Shown here: one piece after another, positions 25,985 through 34,238 of the stretch
How the letters are laid out: each line of letters starts with the position of its first letter
How positions within the stretch are numbered: position 1 is the first letter of the stretch
Source of the DNA: a virus
Lineage: Duplodnaviria; Caudoviricetes
Length of the DNA stretch: 34,303 nt
Reading direction: 5' to 3' (one strand)
Virus record (IMG/VR): IMGVR_UViG_3300032260_000012
Location: 1-34,303 of that record
The notes under the pieces: model-generated
Told to the model about the DNA's origin: nothing
The model's database searches: none
Seen by the model: the letters and a program-made list of their open reading frames with translations, nothing else
Translations under genes and position numbers: made by a program

Positions 25985-27983
25985 GATTTCGGGCCTCTTG
26001 TTTTGACATTCTAGCCGCCTGTTTATCTAGCGCGGATTGGACTTTCAACATGTGTTTATCCAACATCGATTGGAATTCAGACGTTAATTTCTGGCTTTCC
26101 ATCTGCTGTTTAGCCTTGATGAGGTCTTGACCGTGTTTCTGCTCTAATTTCGCTAACTGTTTTTGGAAATTAAAGGTCGCTTCTTCCATTTGAAGCTTGT
26201 TGTATTTTTGGTCAAGGTCTTTACCGGCCTTTTCCTTTTCCTGTTCAAATTTCTGACGCTCTTGTGCCAATTTTTTAGCTTCTTCACCCCCTGGTTTGGG
26301 TGGCTGCATTGACTTCAATTGGTCCTCAACGTCACGGCCAAAACGATACCGTCTAACGATGGCCATCATCATTGATTGAGCCACCTCAAAGGACATCGCC
26401 CCTTTTTCAACTAATGGGGCTACGCCGTTCATAAACTGCGCCATAGCATTCATGAACTCAGCTACGAGCTGCTTGTCTTCAGTCGCCTCAACATCTAACG
26501 TGGAATTTGTCTCGATATCGATCCGGTAACTTCTTAACAGGTCATTTTTTAAGACTTCGAGAATTTCCCCCCAGGAGGGCTTTTGGGCCACTTTCATTAA
26601 TTCAGGATCAGGTTGTGCGCCTTGCTGTTGACTAAGCGTCAATATCTTGACCGCTTTTTCCTTCTCTTCAGATGTAGGAAATGGGAGTTGTGTCATTTGC
26701 TTCCACGACTTTTCGGAAAACTTCGTCGAGGCAATTTCTAACATGATTTTCATCATATCCAGGGCGTAATACTGGACAAGCTTTTGAAGACGTTTTAGGC
26801 GCATCGTCCCCCATGCTTGTTTTATTTTCTGTGCACCGAGTGTTTCAGAGGCCGCCGATTGCCCTCTAACAATGTCAGAAATTCCCGTAATCTCATAAAT
26901 TACCTGCTTGCATGATTCTCGGGCTTGAATTAACTGTTGGGCAACGACGATCATCTTCTCGATGGGTAGGAACCAGATAGCGTTACTTAACCCGCCTTGG
27001 ACTAGAGACGCACCGTTATCGGTCGGGATTAGTGCGTTATCATCCTCTTTTAAAATGTTCGCTATCTCTTCGCCTAATTGGCCGTCATAGGCCCCTCGCG
27101 CTTTAATGGCTTCAATGACACGATTCAACCGGCGCTGAATTCTGTTCAATTCTTCCGCTTGATTCTCATACATCTTGTATGGGGCGGTAGGGACGAAATT
27201 TTTCGATTTTTTGATGAAACGAAGGGGTTCGGGCATGTTAAAGAACCCATTTAAACCCAGTGGGTCGTCCTGAACCTTCAAATAGTTGTCTTTGTATTGA
27301 GGGGTGATATATTTGACTTTACGATCTGTTTTATCCCAGATCTGGTAGATTAAAACAGTTTTCCTCTTACCCTTTTCCTCGTTTTCCGTGGTTTCCTCGT
27401 CGTCCTCCTCGCCTTCTGTAAAATTCAGCTCCTTAACGACTTTCTCACCGAAGAGTTTTATACATTCGTCTTTATCTAAATATTCTTCGTACGCGAGCCA
27501 TGGCATTTTTGACCACTTTTTAGCGTAGCCGAAGTAGACACGATTCCAAACCCTGGAATCAACACACACAGTTTCGTATTCAACTGATGGTATGTCGCTT
27601 TCTGTCACCTCGGCCTCATATTTGACCGACGTTATCCCCCGCCCTGGGACTAAGGCATCGAAAACGGCGTCTTCAATCGAATCGCTGAACTTGTCGTACT
27701 CGTCGATATCAGTATCAATCAAGTATTCAAGCATTCTTTGAGAAGCCTGAGAAACGACTTTTCCTAGAGGGTCTTCATCGTGAAAACGTCTCTGAATTAC
27801 GGGTCTAGGCAATTCGGAGAATAGCGCCGGCAACATTGTCTCAGTGTTTGAAAAGAGGATATTAAATGGCGTTTTCTTATCCGCGTCATAGATTTCTAAT
27901 ATGTCATCGCCGTCACTTCTAAAGTCCTTTTCTCGCTTTTTAGAAGATTTAATTTCCTCTAACCAAACTCTAATCTCGTCCAT
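25971..27983 (-). CDS. Portal protein
   Basis: FNILFSN, YEITGISDIVRG...ETLGAQ.IK and a long C-terminal coiled coil; likely start ATG 27983 (track start 28034). Confidence 0.88.
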   Translation of the reverse strand: MDEIRVWLEEIKSSKKREKDFRSDGDDILEIYDADKKTPFNILFSNTETMLPALFSELPRPVIQRRFHDEDPLGKVVSQASQRMLEYLIDTDIDEYDKFSDSIEDAVFDALVPGRGITSVKYEAEVTESDIPSVEYETVCVDSRVWNRVYFGYAKKWSKMPWLAYEEYLDKDECIKLFGEKVVKELNFTEGEEDDEETTENEEKGKRKTVLIYQIWDKTDRKVKYITPQYKDNYLKVQDDPLGLNGFFNMPEPLRFIKKSKNFVPTAPYKMYENQAEELNRIQRRLNRVIEAIKARGAYDGQLGEEIANILKEDDNALIPTDNGASLVQGGLSNAIWFLPIEKMIVVAQQLIQARESCKQVIYEITGISDIVRGQSAASETLGAQKIKQAWGTMRLKRLQKLVQYYALDMMKIMLEIASTKFSEKSWKQMTQLPFPTSEEKEKAVKILTLSQQQGAQPDPELMKVAQKPSWGEILEVLKNDLLRSYRIDIETNSTLDVEATEDKQLVAEFMNAMAQFMNGVAPLVEKGAMSFEVAQSMMMAIVRRYRFGRDVEDQLKSMQPPKPGGEEAKKLAQERQKFEQEKEKAGKDLDQKYNKLQMEEATFNFQKQLAKLEQKHGQDLIKAKQQMESQKLTSEFQSMLDKHMLKVQSALDKQAARMSKQEARNRANV

Positions 27984-29379
27984 ATTCTCTTTCTCTACGT
28001 TTCCTTGCAAAATGGGCTTTTTTGATCTGACCAAAATTCACCTGAGTGACATTCCCAACATGGAACTTCTGTCGTTGAGTTAAGTCGGGGGCCTGGTTTT
28101 TGCTAATTTTCCACGTTAATGAGAGATATCGAAAAGCATCCGCAGCGTGTGAGTGTTCGTCGTGGACCGTATCCCTTGAGAACACCTTTTTCATTTCGTC
28201 GTACTGTCTTCGATAGCTTTTTAAATTTTCGATTCCGTCAAAACATTTCTCTTCGTCAAACCAACATTTATGAAGGGTCGCATTACCGGCTTGATGTCCA
28301 TCTTCCTTACTCAACTCGGGAGTAATGGCGAATTTGCCGATATCTTCGTCCATGAACTGTTGGATAATAGACTTCCCACCCATCCCCAACCTTTTGGGCT
28401 TAGCGTCGTGTGGGAGCCAATGTAGACCGTACTCGTAACCCCACGTCGCAGCCTTATCTCTCAAAACTTGGGCGTATTCTGGGATCTCTTTGAAGTTGTC
28501 AGAGTGAAAATCGATGATACGTATTTCATTCGAAACGACCTGATAAAACCAAATCACTGTGGCGTCGGTTCTGCCGATATCCCACGCGGTAAAAACTGGG
28601 AAGCCCTCTTGATGTGGAACGTCACCGATTCGCCCGCCCTGAGACACTTTGGCCATCCCCTCGCCCCAAACAGAGCCCGGAAGGGCCGCTTCGAACGATG
28701 AGAAGTACTCTTGTAACCAAATAGCCTTCCCATACGCCTCACCGTGCTCATCTTGAAGCCGTTCTAACTCTCCCACTAATTGTTCTTGAGTGAATAATCC
28801 GGTCTGGTCAGATGTTAAAATCTCACCAAACCAGTCATCGTGCTTCATGGCGTATTGAACCATTTTGTAAAAATGATTCTTGCCGCGAGGAGTAGAGTTA
28901 AATACCGCCCAACCCCCGTTTTCGAGCAAAATCGGGCTTAAAAAGCCCCAAGCCGATGGGTTAGATAGCGCGTATTCAGAAAAAGTGATCCCGTAAGGGG
29001 TTGAACCGACCAGGGCATCGAAATTATCCGACCCCATTAACTGCCAAGTCGAACCGTTGGGTAATTCAATCTTCATCTCTTGAGATAACGTCTTGGACCT
29101 TATCTCAGGGGGGAAAACCTCATCTAACCGCTTCTTCCCGGTATGGGGGTTGATGGCGTCCCAAATCGCTTTACGGCATTGATTGTATTCTGGGAGTAAG
29201 TACCAGTAGTTCCCCACCACCTCCATTGAAGCGCACGCGTTATGGTGAAGCAAAACGGCATCCTTACCCGCCCTTCGATGCCAGCACGCCGCCGCCCTCT
29301 TGCCACCCTTCGCTAAATAGTCCCATAATGGTCGCTGGTAGTCTCTAGGCTTCCAGTTATACGGGAGGTTTATATTCAA
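27970..29379 (-). CDS. terL: Terminase large subunit
   Basis: PRDYQ, WHRRAGKD Walker A, FSEY Walker B, STPRG, AWDIG..D and SHAADAFRY nuclease motifs. Confidence 0.95.
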   Translation of the reverse strand: MNINLPYNWKPRDYQRPLWDYLAKGGKRAAACWHRRAGKDAVLLHHNACASMEVVGNYWYLLPEYNQCRKAIWDAINPHTGKKRLDEVFPPEIRSKTLSQEMKIELPNGSTWQLMGSDNFDALVGSTPYGITFSEYALSNPSAWGFLSPILLENGGWAVFNSTPRGKNHFYKMVQYAMKHDDWFGEILTSDQTGLFTQEQLVGELERLQDEHGEAYGKAIWLQEYFSSFEAALPGSVWGEGMAKVSQGGRIGDVPHQEGFPVFTAWDIGRTDATVIWFYQVVSNEIRIIDFHSDNFKEIPEYAQVLRDKAATWGYEYGLHWLPHDAKPKRLGMGGKSIIQQFMDEDIGKFAITPELSKEDGHQAGNATLHKCWFDEEKCFDGIENLKSYRRQYDEMKKVFSRDTVHDEHSHAADAFRYLSLTWKISKNQAPDLTQRQKFHVGNVTQVNFGQIKKAHFARKRREREYGRD

Positions 29380-29388
29380 GGGGATGTC

Positions 29389-29577
29389 CTAATTCTTAGG
29401 CTTCTGACTCGTTAAATGGTGCTGGCCGCAAAAGCAGCATTCATACGTCCTAAACTGCTTGCCGGTTTTCCTTGAAGTGTTTTTCTTGTTCCCCGTGAAA
29501 TGCCGCTGCCTGTTCAATATGAATTTGGCATCAGCTAAAGCAGCTTGACGGGTCGGGTATCCGATCTTGTTACACAT
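29389..29577 (-). CDS. Small Zn-finger hypothetical protein
   Basis: C.K..Y...A...R.YEC.FCG.HHLTS pattern. Confidence 0.65.
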   Translation of the reverse strand: MCNKIGYPTRQAALADAKFILNRQRHFTGNKKNTSRKTGKQFRTYECCFCGQHHLTSQKPKN

Positions 29578-29725
29578 CTAGAAACCTCGCTACCAGATTC
29601 AAATATCTCATTGCCGATGGGTCTGGTTTCCCTCGGCACCACCTCGATACCGTCTTCTCACTCACGCCCATGTGAGTAGCAAAATACACCTGCGTCCAGC
29701 CAATTCTTGCCAATAATTCAGTCAT
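29570..29725 (-). CDS. Small XRE-like HTH protein (51 aa)
   Basis: Not in ORF track; MTELLARIGWTQVYFATHMGVSEKTVSRWCRGKPDPSAMRYLNLVARFLDV; GGAG RBS; overlaps the next gene start. Confidence 0.75.
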   Translation of the reverse strand: MTELLARIGWTQVYFATHMGVSEKTVSRWCRGKPDPSAMRYLNLVARFLDV

Positions 29726-29881
29726 TTTCTAGGAAACTCCATACGGCGCGGACAGATAGTCCGTGTGGGGCGGACATGCTGGGTTTTTTTTGGGAAATTT
29801 TTGATGTTTTGTGTGTGGGGGGGTGTCGGCATCACCACCGCACCCCCCGCCTGCCGTCGACCCACCCCCCCCTTTTTTTTT

Positions 29882-29901
29882 CACTGTATGGATACACAGT
29901 A
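29882..29901. promoter_or_regulatory. LexA (SOS) box
   Basis: caCTGTatggatacACAGta, matches CTGT-N8-ACAG. Confidence 0.8.
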
Positions 29902-29944
29902 GTTTGCATCTAAATCCAGGTGGAATGCGGGCTACAGAGCACAC

Positions 29945-29964
29945 TACTGTATGAATACACAGTG
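29945..29964. promoter_or_regulatory. LexA (SOS) box
   Basis: taCTGTatgaatacACAGtg, matches CTGT-N8-ACAG. Confidence 0.8.
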
Positions 29965-29975
29965 GAATGCCCGCT

Positions 29976-30003
29976 ATTTAACATAATATATGTTATGCGC
30001 AAC
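29976..30003 (-). other. dif-like XerC/XerD recombination site
   Basis: Minus strand GTTGCGCATAA-CATATA-TTATGTTAAAT versus E. coli dif GGTGCGCATAA-TGTATA-TTATGTTAAAT: XerD arm 11/11, XerC arm 10/11. Confidence 0.92.
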
Positions 30004-30010
30004 TAGATGC

Positions 30011-30023
30011 TAAGCTATTGATA
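30011..30023 (-). promoter_or_regulatory. IHF consensus site
   Basis: Minus strand TATCAA-TAGC-TTA = WATCAA-N4-TTR. Confidence 0.65.
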
Positions 30024-30083
30024 TGTAAGGAGTTTACCAAAGACCACTGAGTGTGATCAGGTACGTTGTCGAGCTTATCGCTC

Positions 30084-30096
30084 TAAGTCATTGATT
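30084..30096 (-). promoter_or_regulatory. IHF consensus site
   Basis: Minus strand AATCAA-TGAC-TTA = WATCAA-N4-TTR. Confidence 0.65.
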
Positions 30097-30537
30097 CTAG
30101 TCGTTGACCACTTCGCCATCGATACTCACCTCATTGCATGATCTATCGACGTTCACAGTGATAGATACGCCTGTAGCGGCCTGTGAGCCTTCTGTGTAGC
30201 CGTGCTTGGATAACACTAGCGCTGCTATCTTTGGATTATATGTACCCTTTAGGCCACCGCTGAGGGCGTCTACCTCTTGTCCAGCGTCTAACGCGTGTAT
30301 GAGGCGGGAAAATTCAGGTTTTTCCTTGTCATTCGCCCAAGTTGTAACTGTTTCCCTATCTAACTCAAGGAATAGCGCCAATCCAGCCCGCGTAGGTATC
30401 AGTTCGCCCTTGTCCTTATATGTGCTTAAGTATTCAATAGTCTTAGCTAAGATAGCCTGTGTGTACTTTGTGGGTCTTCCTAGCTTACGTTTGAGCTGTT
30501 TGTGGGTTAGTCCATCTACTGTCTGTAGTTGTCCCAT
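30097..30537 (-). CDS. terS: Terminase small subunit (P22 gp3-like)
   Basis: GRPTKY, PT.AGLA.FL...RETV..W, L.G.YN..IA.L.L..HGY; AGGAG RBS. Confidence 0.85.
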   Translation of the reverse strand: MGQLQTVDGLTHKQLKRKLGRPTKYTQAILAKTIEYLSTYKDKGELIPTRAGLALFLELDRETVTTWANDKEKPEFSRLIHALDAGQEVDALSGGLKGTYNPKIAALVLSKHGYTEGSQAATGVSITVNVDRSCNEVSIDGEVVND

Positions 30538-30566
30538 ACTATACTCCTACACTTTTGGGGCTGAGC

Positions 30567-30788
30567 ATGAATAAATACTTTATTACCTTTGGATCGGATC
30601 ACAGGCACGCTGTTAATGGGGCTGCATTCGATCGTGACTCTATTGGTGTAATCAATAGCCCTTCATACATTGAGGCTAGGGAAATAGCTTTTGACCTCTT
30701 TGGCCCAAGGTGGGCCTTCCTCTATACGGAGAATGACAAAGGTTTAACGCCTTCTCTCTATCCTCGCGGGTTCATTGAGGTTAACTAG
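30567..30788 (+). CDS. Hypothetical protein
   Basis: YFITFGSDH...AREIAF..FG..WAF.Y pattern; ATG at 30567. Confidence 0.55.
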   Translation: MNKYFITFGSDHRHAVNGAAFDRDSIGVINSPSYIEAREIAFDLFGPRWAFLYTENDKGLTPSLYPRGFIEVN

Positions 30789-30819
30789 CTCCTCTTTATA
30801 AAATAATTAGTAATCTTTG

Positions 30820-30849
30820 TTGACTATTACTACAAAGGTAGTCCATAAT
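30820..30849 (+). promoter_or_regulatory. Sigma70 promoter with palindrome in the spacer
   Basis: TTGACT-18 bp-CATAAT; AT-rich upstream element; ACTAC-aaag-GTAGT at 30829-30842. Confidence 0.7.
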
Positions 30850-30890
30850 GAATACCAAGTTAGAGAGAAAAACAACACGGAGCCAAGACC

Positions 30891-31472
30891 ATGACACTTA
30901 CCAACGAACAGAAACTGAAGCTTTATGACCAGGGGCAATACAAATTCCCGGTGCCTCCTGTCTCTACCGCTCTATGGACTACTTCGGACTGGATTACTTT
31001 TATTGACCTCAATGGCGAATGGGTTACAGAAGATCGCCATCAAATTATTGGTTTAACTCCCTTAGGGCGGCGACTGCTTGAAACTGAGCTAAAAGACTTA
31101 TTCAAAAACTTTGACGGCTTGCACGGTGGTTGGATTGACGACGTAGCCGAAAAGCTAAACATTAATGAGTCTGAAGGCTGCGGTCTTGAATATGAATTAA
31201 GAAGCTTCGATACTATTAGCGGTAACACCGAGCTAATCCGCTTTGATGAAAACGATTTAATCAGAGAACACAAAATAGTGAATAGTGAAGATGCCAACCC
31301 AGTCTATACCAAGTATATAACGCTTTACCTTAGTTATAAGGCTGACTTCATTACTGTTAAAGGCTTTGCTAGTTACCACGGCCTCACACCTGACGAGGCT
31401 TGCGCAGCAATTGAACAGGGTCGCAAAGACCACGAGGCCTACTTGGCTGAAGTTAATAAAGCTTACTCATAA
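30891..31472 (+). CDS. Hypothetical early protein
   Basis: GGAG RBS; C-terminal DFITV..FA.YHGL...EA...I..GR pattern. Confidence 0.65.
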   Translation: MTLTNEQKLKLYDQGQYKFPVPPVSTALWTTSDWITFIDLNGEWVTEDRHQIIGLTPLGRRLLETELKDLFKNFDGLHGGWIDDVAEKLNINESEGCGLEYELRSFDTISGNTELIRFDENDLIREHKIVNSEDANPVYTKYITLYLSYKADFITVKGFASYHGLTPDEACAAIEQGRKDHEAYLAEVNKAYS

Positions 31473-31481
31473 GGAATCACA

Positions 31482-31676
31482 ATGACAAAATTAACTGTAA
31501 ATCAAGCTGTTCGCAAAGCGTGCAAAGAAATTCAAAGAAACTCGCAGAGTCAGAAAGTAGAAAAAGCGCTCAACTTGCTAGGGTACGGTGGCGAGCGGGT
31601 TTATAACTATTCTCTTTCTCAATTCGACACGAAGAGCATTACTAAATCTGTTCAACGCTTTATTAATCAGGGTTAA
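31482..31676 (+). CDS. Hypothetical protein
   Basis: TAAGGA RBS; operon packing. Confidence 0.6.
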   Translation: MTKLTVNQAVRKACKEIQRNSQSQKVEKALNLLGYGGERVYNYSLSQFDTKSITKSVQRFINQG

Positions 31677-31681
31677 ATGCG

Positions 31682-31906
31682 ATGAGCAAAAAAGAGTGGG
31701 CTGAAAAAATGTTGGCCGAATTGCCAGAAAATGCACACAAGGCAGTTAAAGAAATGGCCGAACACCTGAAAAAACAAGATACAGATAGCGCGTTTGATAC
31801 GTTAACGGTCTTTTGTGCAAATAATTCACCTGTTCGCTGGGAAATTATAGCAATGAAAGAAATTGCTGTATCTCTTGCGGGTTACACATCAAAAAATAGG
31901 GGCTAA
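31682..31906 (+). CDS. Hypothetical protein
   Basis: Operon packing. Confidence 0.55.
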   Translation: MSKKEWAEKMLAELPENAHKAVKEMAEHLKKQDTDSAFDTLTVFCANNSPVRWEIIAMKEIAVSLAGYTSKNRG

Positions 31907-31910
31907 CACC

Positions 31911-32108
31911 ATGCTAACCAATCAAAAACAGGTACGCTTTGCCTTTTGGGCCGCTCATCCTGACCTTAAATGTGTAAAGGTGAATGGTAAGCCAGTTCGA
32001 GAATTTCAGCAGCCTAGTGAAACGCGTAGTGCCTTTGGTGACTACATCAACTATCTACACAACGATGGTCAGATAAGCGAAACATTAGCAGCTCAAGCAA
32101 CACTTTAA
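31911..32108 (+). CDS. Hypothetical protein
   Basis: Likely start MLTNQKQVRFAFW; R.AF.DY...L..DGQISE.LA..ATL pattern. Confidence 0.6.
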   Translation: MLTNQKQVRFAFWAAHPDLKCVKVNGKPVREFQQPSETRSAFGDYINYLHNDGQISETLAAQATL

Positions 32109-32147
32109 TTAACATCCGCGCCAACGGATCAATCAGGAGATACACCC

Positions 32148-32732
32148 ATGTCTATTTTACGAGTTATTCCAGCAAATTCTAAAGCAATCCAAGATAAAAA
32201 TAGCTCTGCCATTGCTTATACCTATGAACTGGATGGCAGGCTAATTGCTAAAGGCTTTTCAGGTCGCAAGGGTGGATCTGACTACCATCTTCGTTATAAA
32301 GACAGCGAAGCACGCACCGCTAGCATTAATCGTCACTTTGAAAAGGTGCAAGCTAGGGAACAAGACCGCAAAGACCGCGCCAAAGCTAGAGCGTCATTCA
32401 ATCACACCTTGGTTATAGGTAGCATTCTTAGCGCTTCATGGGGCTATGATCAAACCCAGGTTAATTTTTTCCAGGTGGTTGAGCTTGTTGGTAAAAAATC
32501 CGTAAAAATCCGCGCCATTCGGAGCCGCATAGATAGTCAAGAACTTGGCTCTGATTATGTTGTACCTGTTAAAGATAGCTTTAGCGAATGGGATACATTC
32601 ACCAAAGATGATAACGCCCCAACCCTTAAAAGGGTAAAGGAACACAATGTAATAAGTGTTTCAAGTTACGCCAACGCCTACCCATGGGACGGTAAGGGAA
32701 AACGTGAAACCGCCTTTGGGTTTGGCCGGTAA
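32148..32732 (+). CDS. Conserved hypothetical phage protein (SWGYDQT motif)
   Basis: CAGGAG RBS; G.IL..SWGYDQT.V.FFQVV motif. Confidence 0.75.
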   Translation: MSILRVIPANSKAIQDKNSSAIAYTYELDGRLIAKGFSGRKGGSDYHLRYKDSEARTASINRHFEKVQAREQDRKDRAKARASFNHTLVIGSILSASWGYDQTQVNFFQVVELVGKKSVKIRAIRSRIDSQELGSDYVVPVKDSFSEWDTFTKDDNAPTLKRVKEHNVISVSSYANAYPWDGKGKRETAFGFGR

Positions 32733-32905
32733 TTATTAAGCGCCCCTCAAAGCTGCGCCAACAGCGGAAAGGGGCTAATCACCTACCTACAGGAGAATAG
32801 GCCAGTGACTATAGCGAACTTTAACAAGGACTTTTCCAACATTCTACCCATTTCGGTAACGGTGAAAGGTCTTTTTACAGCTAACCACAAAAAAAGGAAC
32901 AAATT

Positions 32906-33274
32906 ATGCACCCCGAAAATGAAACGGTTACTCCATGGCAAGAGTTGGGCGTCAAATTCGAAAAGTTTGGCCAAGAGCTCCAAAACCCAAACGCAAGAAT
33001 GAGTACGCTAGTAGCACTCGCTTACGATTGCGGCCTTAACTTTGAATTTGCATTATTTAACAACCGGCAACACCTGACCACTAACGAAGAATTTAGAGAG
33101 CTCACCACCGGCATGTCACAACCCGAAATAGTAGCCGCGCTTAATGACCCTGAAGGGTTGGTTGTAAAGCTTGGATCTGTTAAGGCTTGGTTAGCTGACC
33201 CTGATACAACCTATTTTAGGAACCTTCCACAATTTAAGTTAGATGCATTTAGGTCAAAGCTGAGCAAGGAGTGA
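32906..33274 (+). CDS. Hypothetical protein with C-terminal HTH-like region
   Basis: TTNEEFREL..GMSQPEIVAAL...GSVKAWL; last gene of the rightward island. Confidence 0.55.
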   Translation: MHPENETVTPWQELGVKFEKFGQELQNPNARMSTLVALAYDCGLNFEFALFNNRQHLTTNEEFRELTTGMSQPEIVAALNDPEGLVVKLGSVKAWLADPDTTYFRNLPQFKLDAFRSKLSKE

Positions 33275-33778
33275 TTCTTTGCGCATGACTTCCGCCTCTC
33301 GGGCCTCCAACTCTGCCCTTGAGGTGGCTAGCGCCTCTTTTAAGACTTGGGTATCGTTGATATCTCTTGCCGCCGTCTCGCCCTCCTTACGAGCCTGGAC
33401 CATCAATAATTCAGCGTGTTGGTTTAGCCTTTCCGCCTCCTTTACCATCCGATGAGTGGACGCTCTTGTCGTTTCTTCCATCGATAAAGCTTTGCTTCTA
33501 GCCTCTTCGATGATTGAATCTGCTTCGTTTTTAGCCTTTAAAGATGACACCATGGCTTCTCTATGCTTTGTTTCAGCATCCAGCAATAGGCGTTCTAGCT
33601 CTTTAGTCTTATACAATCGATCCACTGACGCATTCGCTTTATCAGTGTATTCCTGTATTTTTTTTAGCTGTGATTCGACGGCCTTGGGATTTTGCAGAAA
33701 CTGCAAGAGGCTAAAAAGCCCATCAACCCCGATGGGTGGCTCGACTTTGTGGAAATTGGTTTTGTTTGGTCCCATCAT
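33254..33778 (-). CDS. Coiled-coil hypothetical protein
   Basis: E/K/A-rich helical sequence; TAATG coupling. Confidence 0.6.
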   Translation of the reverse strand: MMGPNKTNFHKVEPPIGVDGLFSLLQFLQNPKAVESQLKKIQEYTDKANASVDRLYKTKELERLLLDAETKHREAMVSSLKAKNEADSIIEEARSKALSMEETTRASTHRMVKEAERLNQHAELLMVQARKEGETAARDINDTQVLKEALATSRAELEAREAEVMRKESLLAQL

Positions 33779-34086
33779 TAGCTTGACCCATCGTAGACGG
33801 CCACTTTTTGACCTGGTTGAACACCAAAAAATTCGGGTGTATCCAATTGGACGTTTACCCCATCGGTTGTGGCTGCGGTTGGATTTGGTCCAAAATCTAA
33901 AAAGGCTTCAGCGTCGCACGAAATACGTACAAACCTCGTCGTATCCTGAAAAGCCGCCGATTGTGTCGAGGTGGTATAGGATACGGTTTGGCCTGTGGTG
34001 TATCCATCCTCTAATCCTGCCTGGATGACGTTACCGCCTTCATCCCGGCATATGAATCTATATTCTCTTATGTAAGCTGTTGCCAT
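33778..34086 (-). CDS. Small beta-rich, probably virion-associated protein
   Basis: STQSAAF...TRFVRI...FGPNPTA...PEFFGV pattern. Confidence 0.65.
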   Translation of the reverse strand: MATAYIREYRFICRDEGGNVIQAGLEDGYTTGQTVSYTTSTQSAAFQDTTRFVRISCDAEAFLDFGPNPTAATTDGVNVQLDTPEFFGVQPGQKVAVYDGSS

Positions 34087-34238
34087 TATCTTAATCCCAT
34101 TCGATTAACGTTTTGGATAAACCGCCTAACTTTCTTAATCTGAGATACACCCGCAGATTTTGCGGTAATTGTTAGTTTTATACCCACCCCCGAAATACTC
34201 GCACCAATACGGGTTTTTTGAGCACCTGAAGCGGCCAT
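34086..34238 (-). CDS. Small basic hypothetical protein (50 aa)
   Basis: Not in track; MAASGAQKTRIGASISGVGIKLTITAKSAGVSQIKKVRRFIQNVNRMGLR, TAATG-coupled at both ends. Confidence 0.55.
   Translation of the reverse strand: MAASGAQKTRIGASISGVGIKLTITAKSAGVSQIKKVRRFIQNVNRMGLR

Noticed and set aside
29707-29944. ORFs 29707-29913 (+) and 29729-29944 (-)
   Set aside because: Low-complexity translations of homopolymer tracts overlapping the LexA boxes; no RBS.
11018-30574. Numerous plus-strand and nested ORFs over the structural genes
   Set aside because: Shadow frames of well-supported minus-strand genes, without motifs or RBSs.
32805-33002. 65-aa ORF with AGGAG RBS
   Set aside because: Overlaps the 32906 gene by about 100 bp and has no recognisable features; left uncalled, though not excluded.
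34086-34238. Apparent frameshift in a G run near 34187-34191
   Set aside because: Recounting shows five G residues and an intact 50-aa frame.
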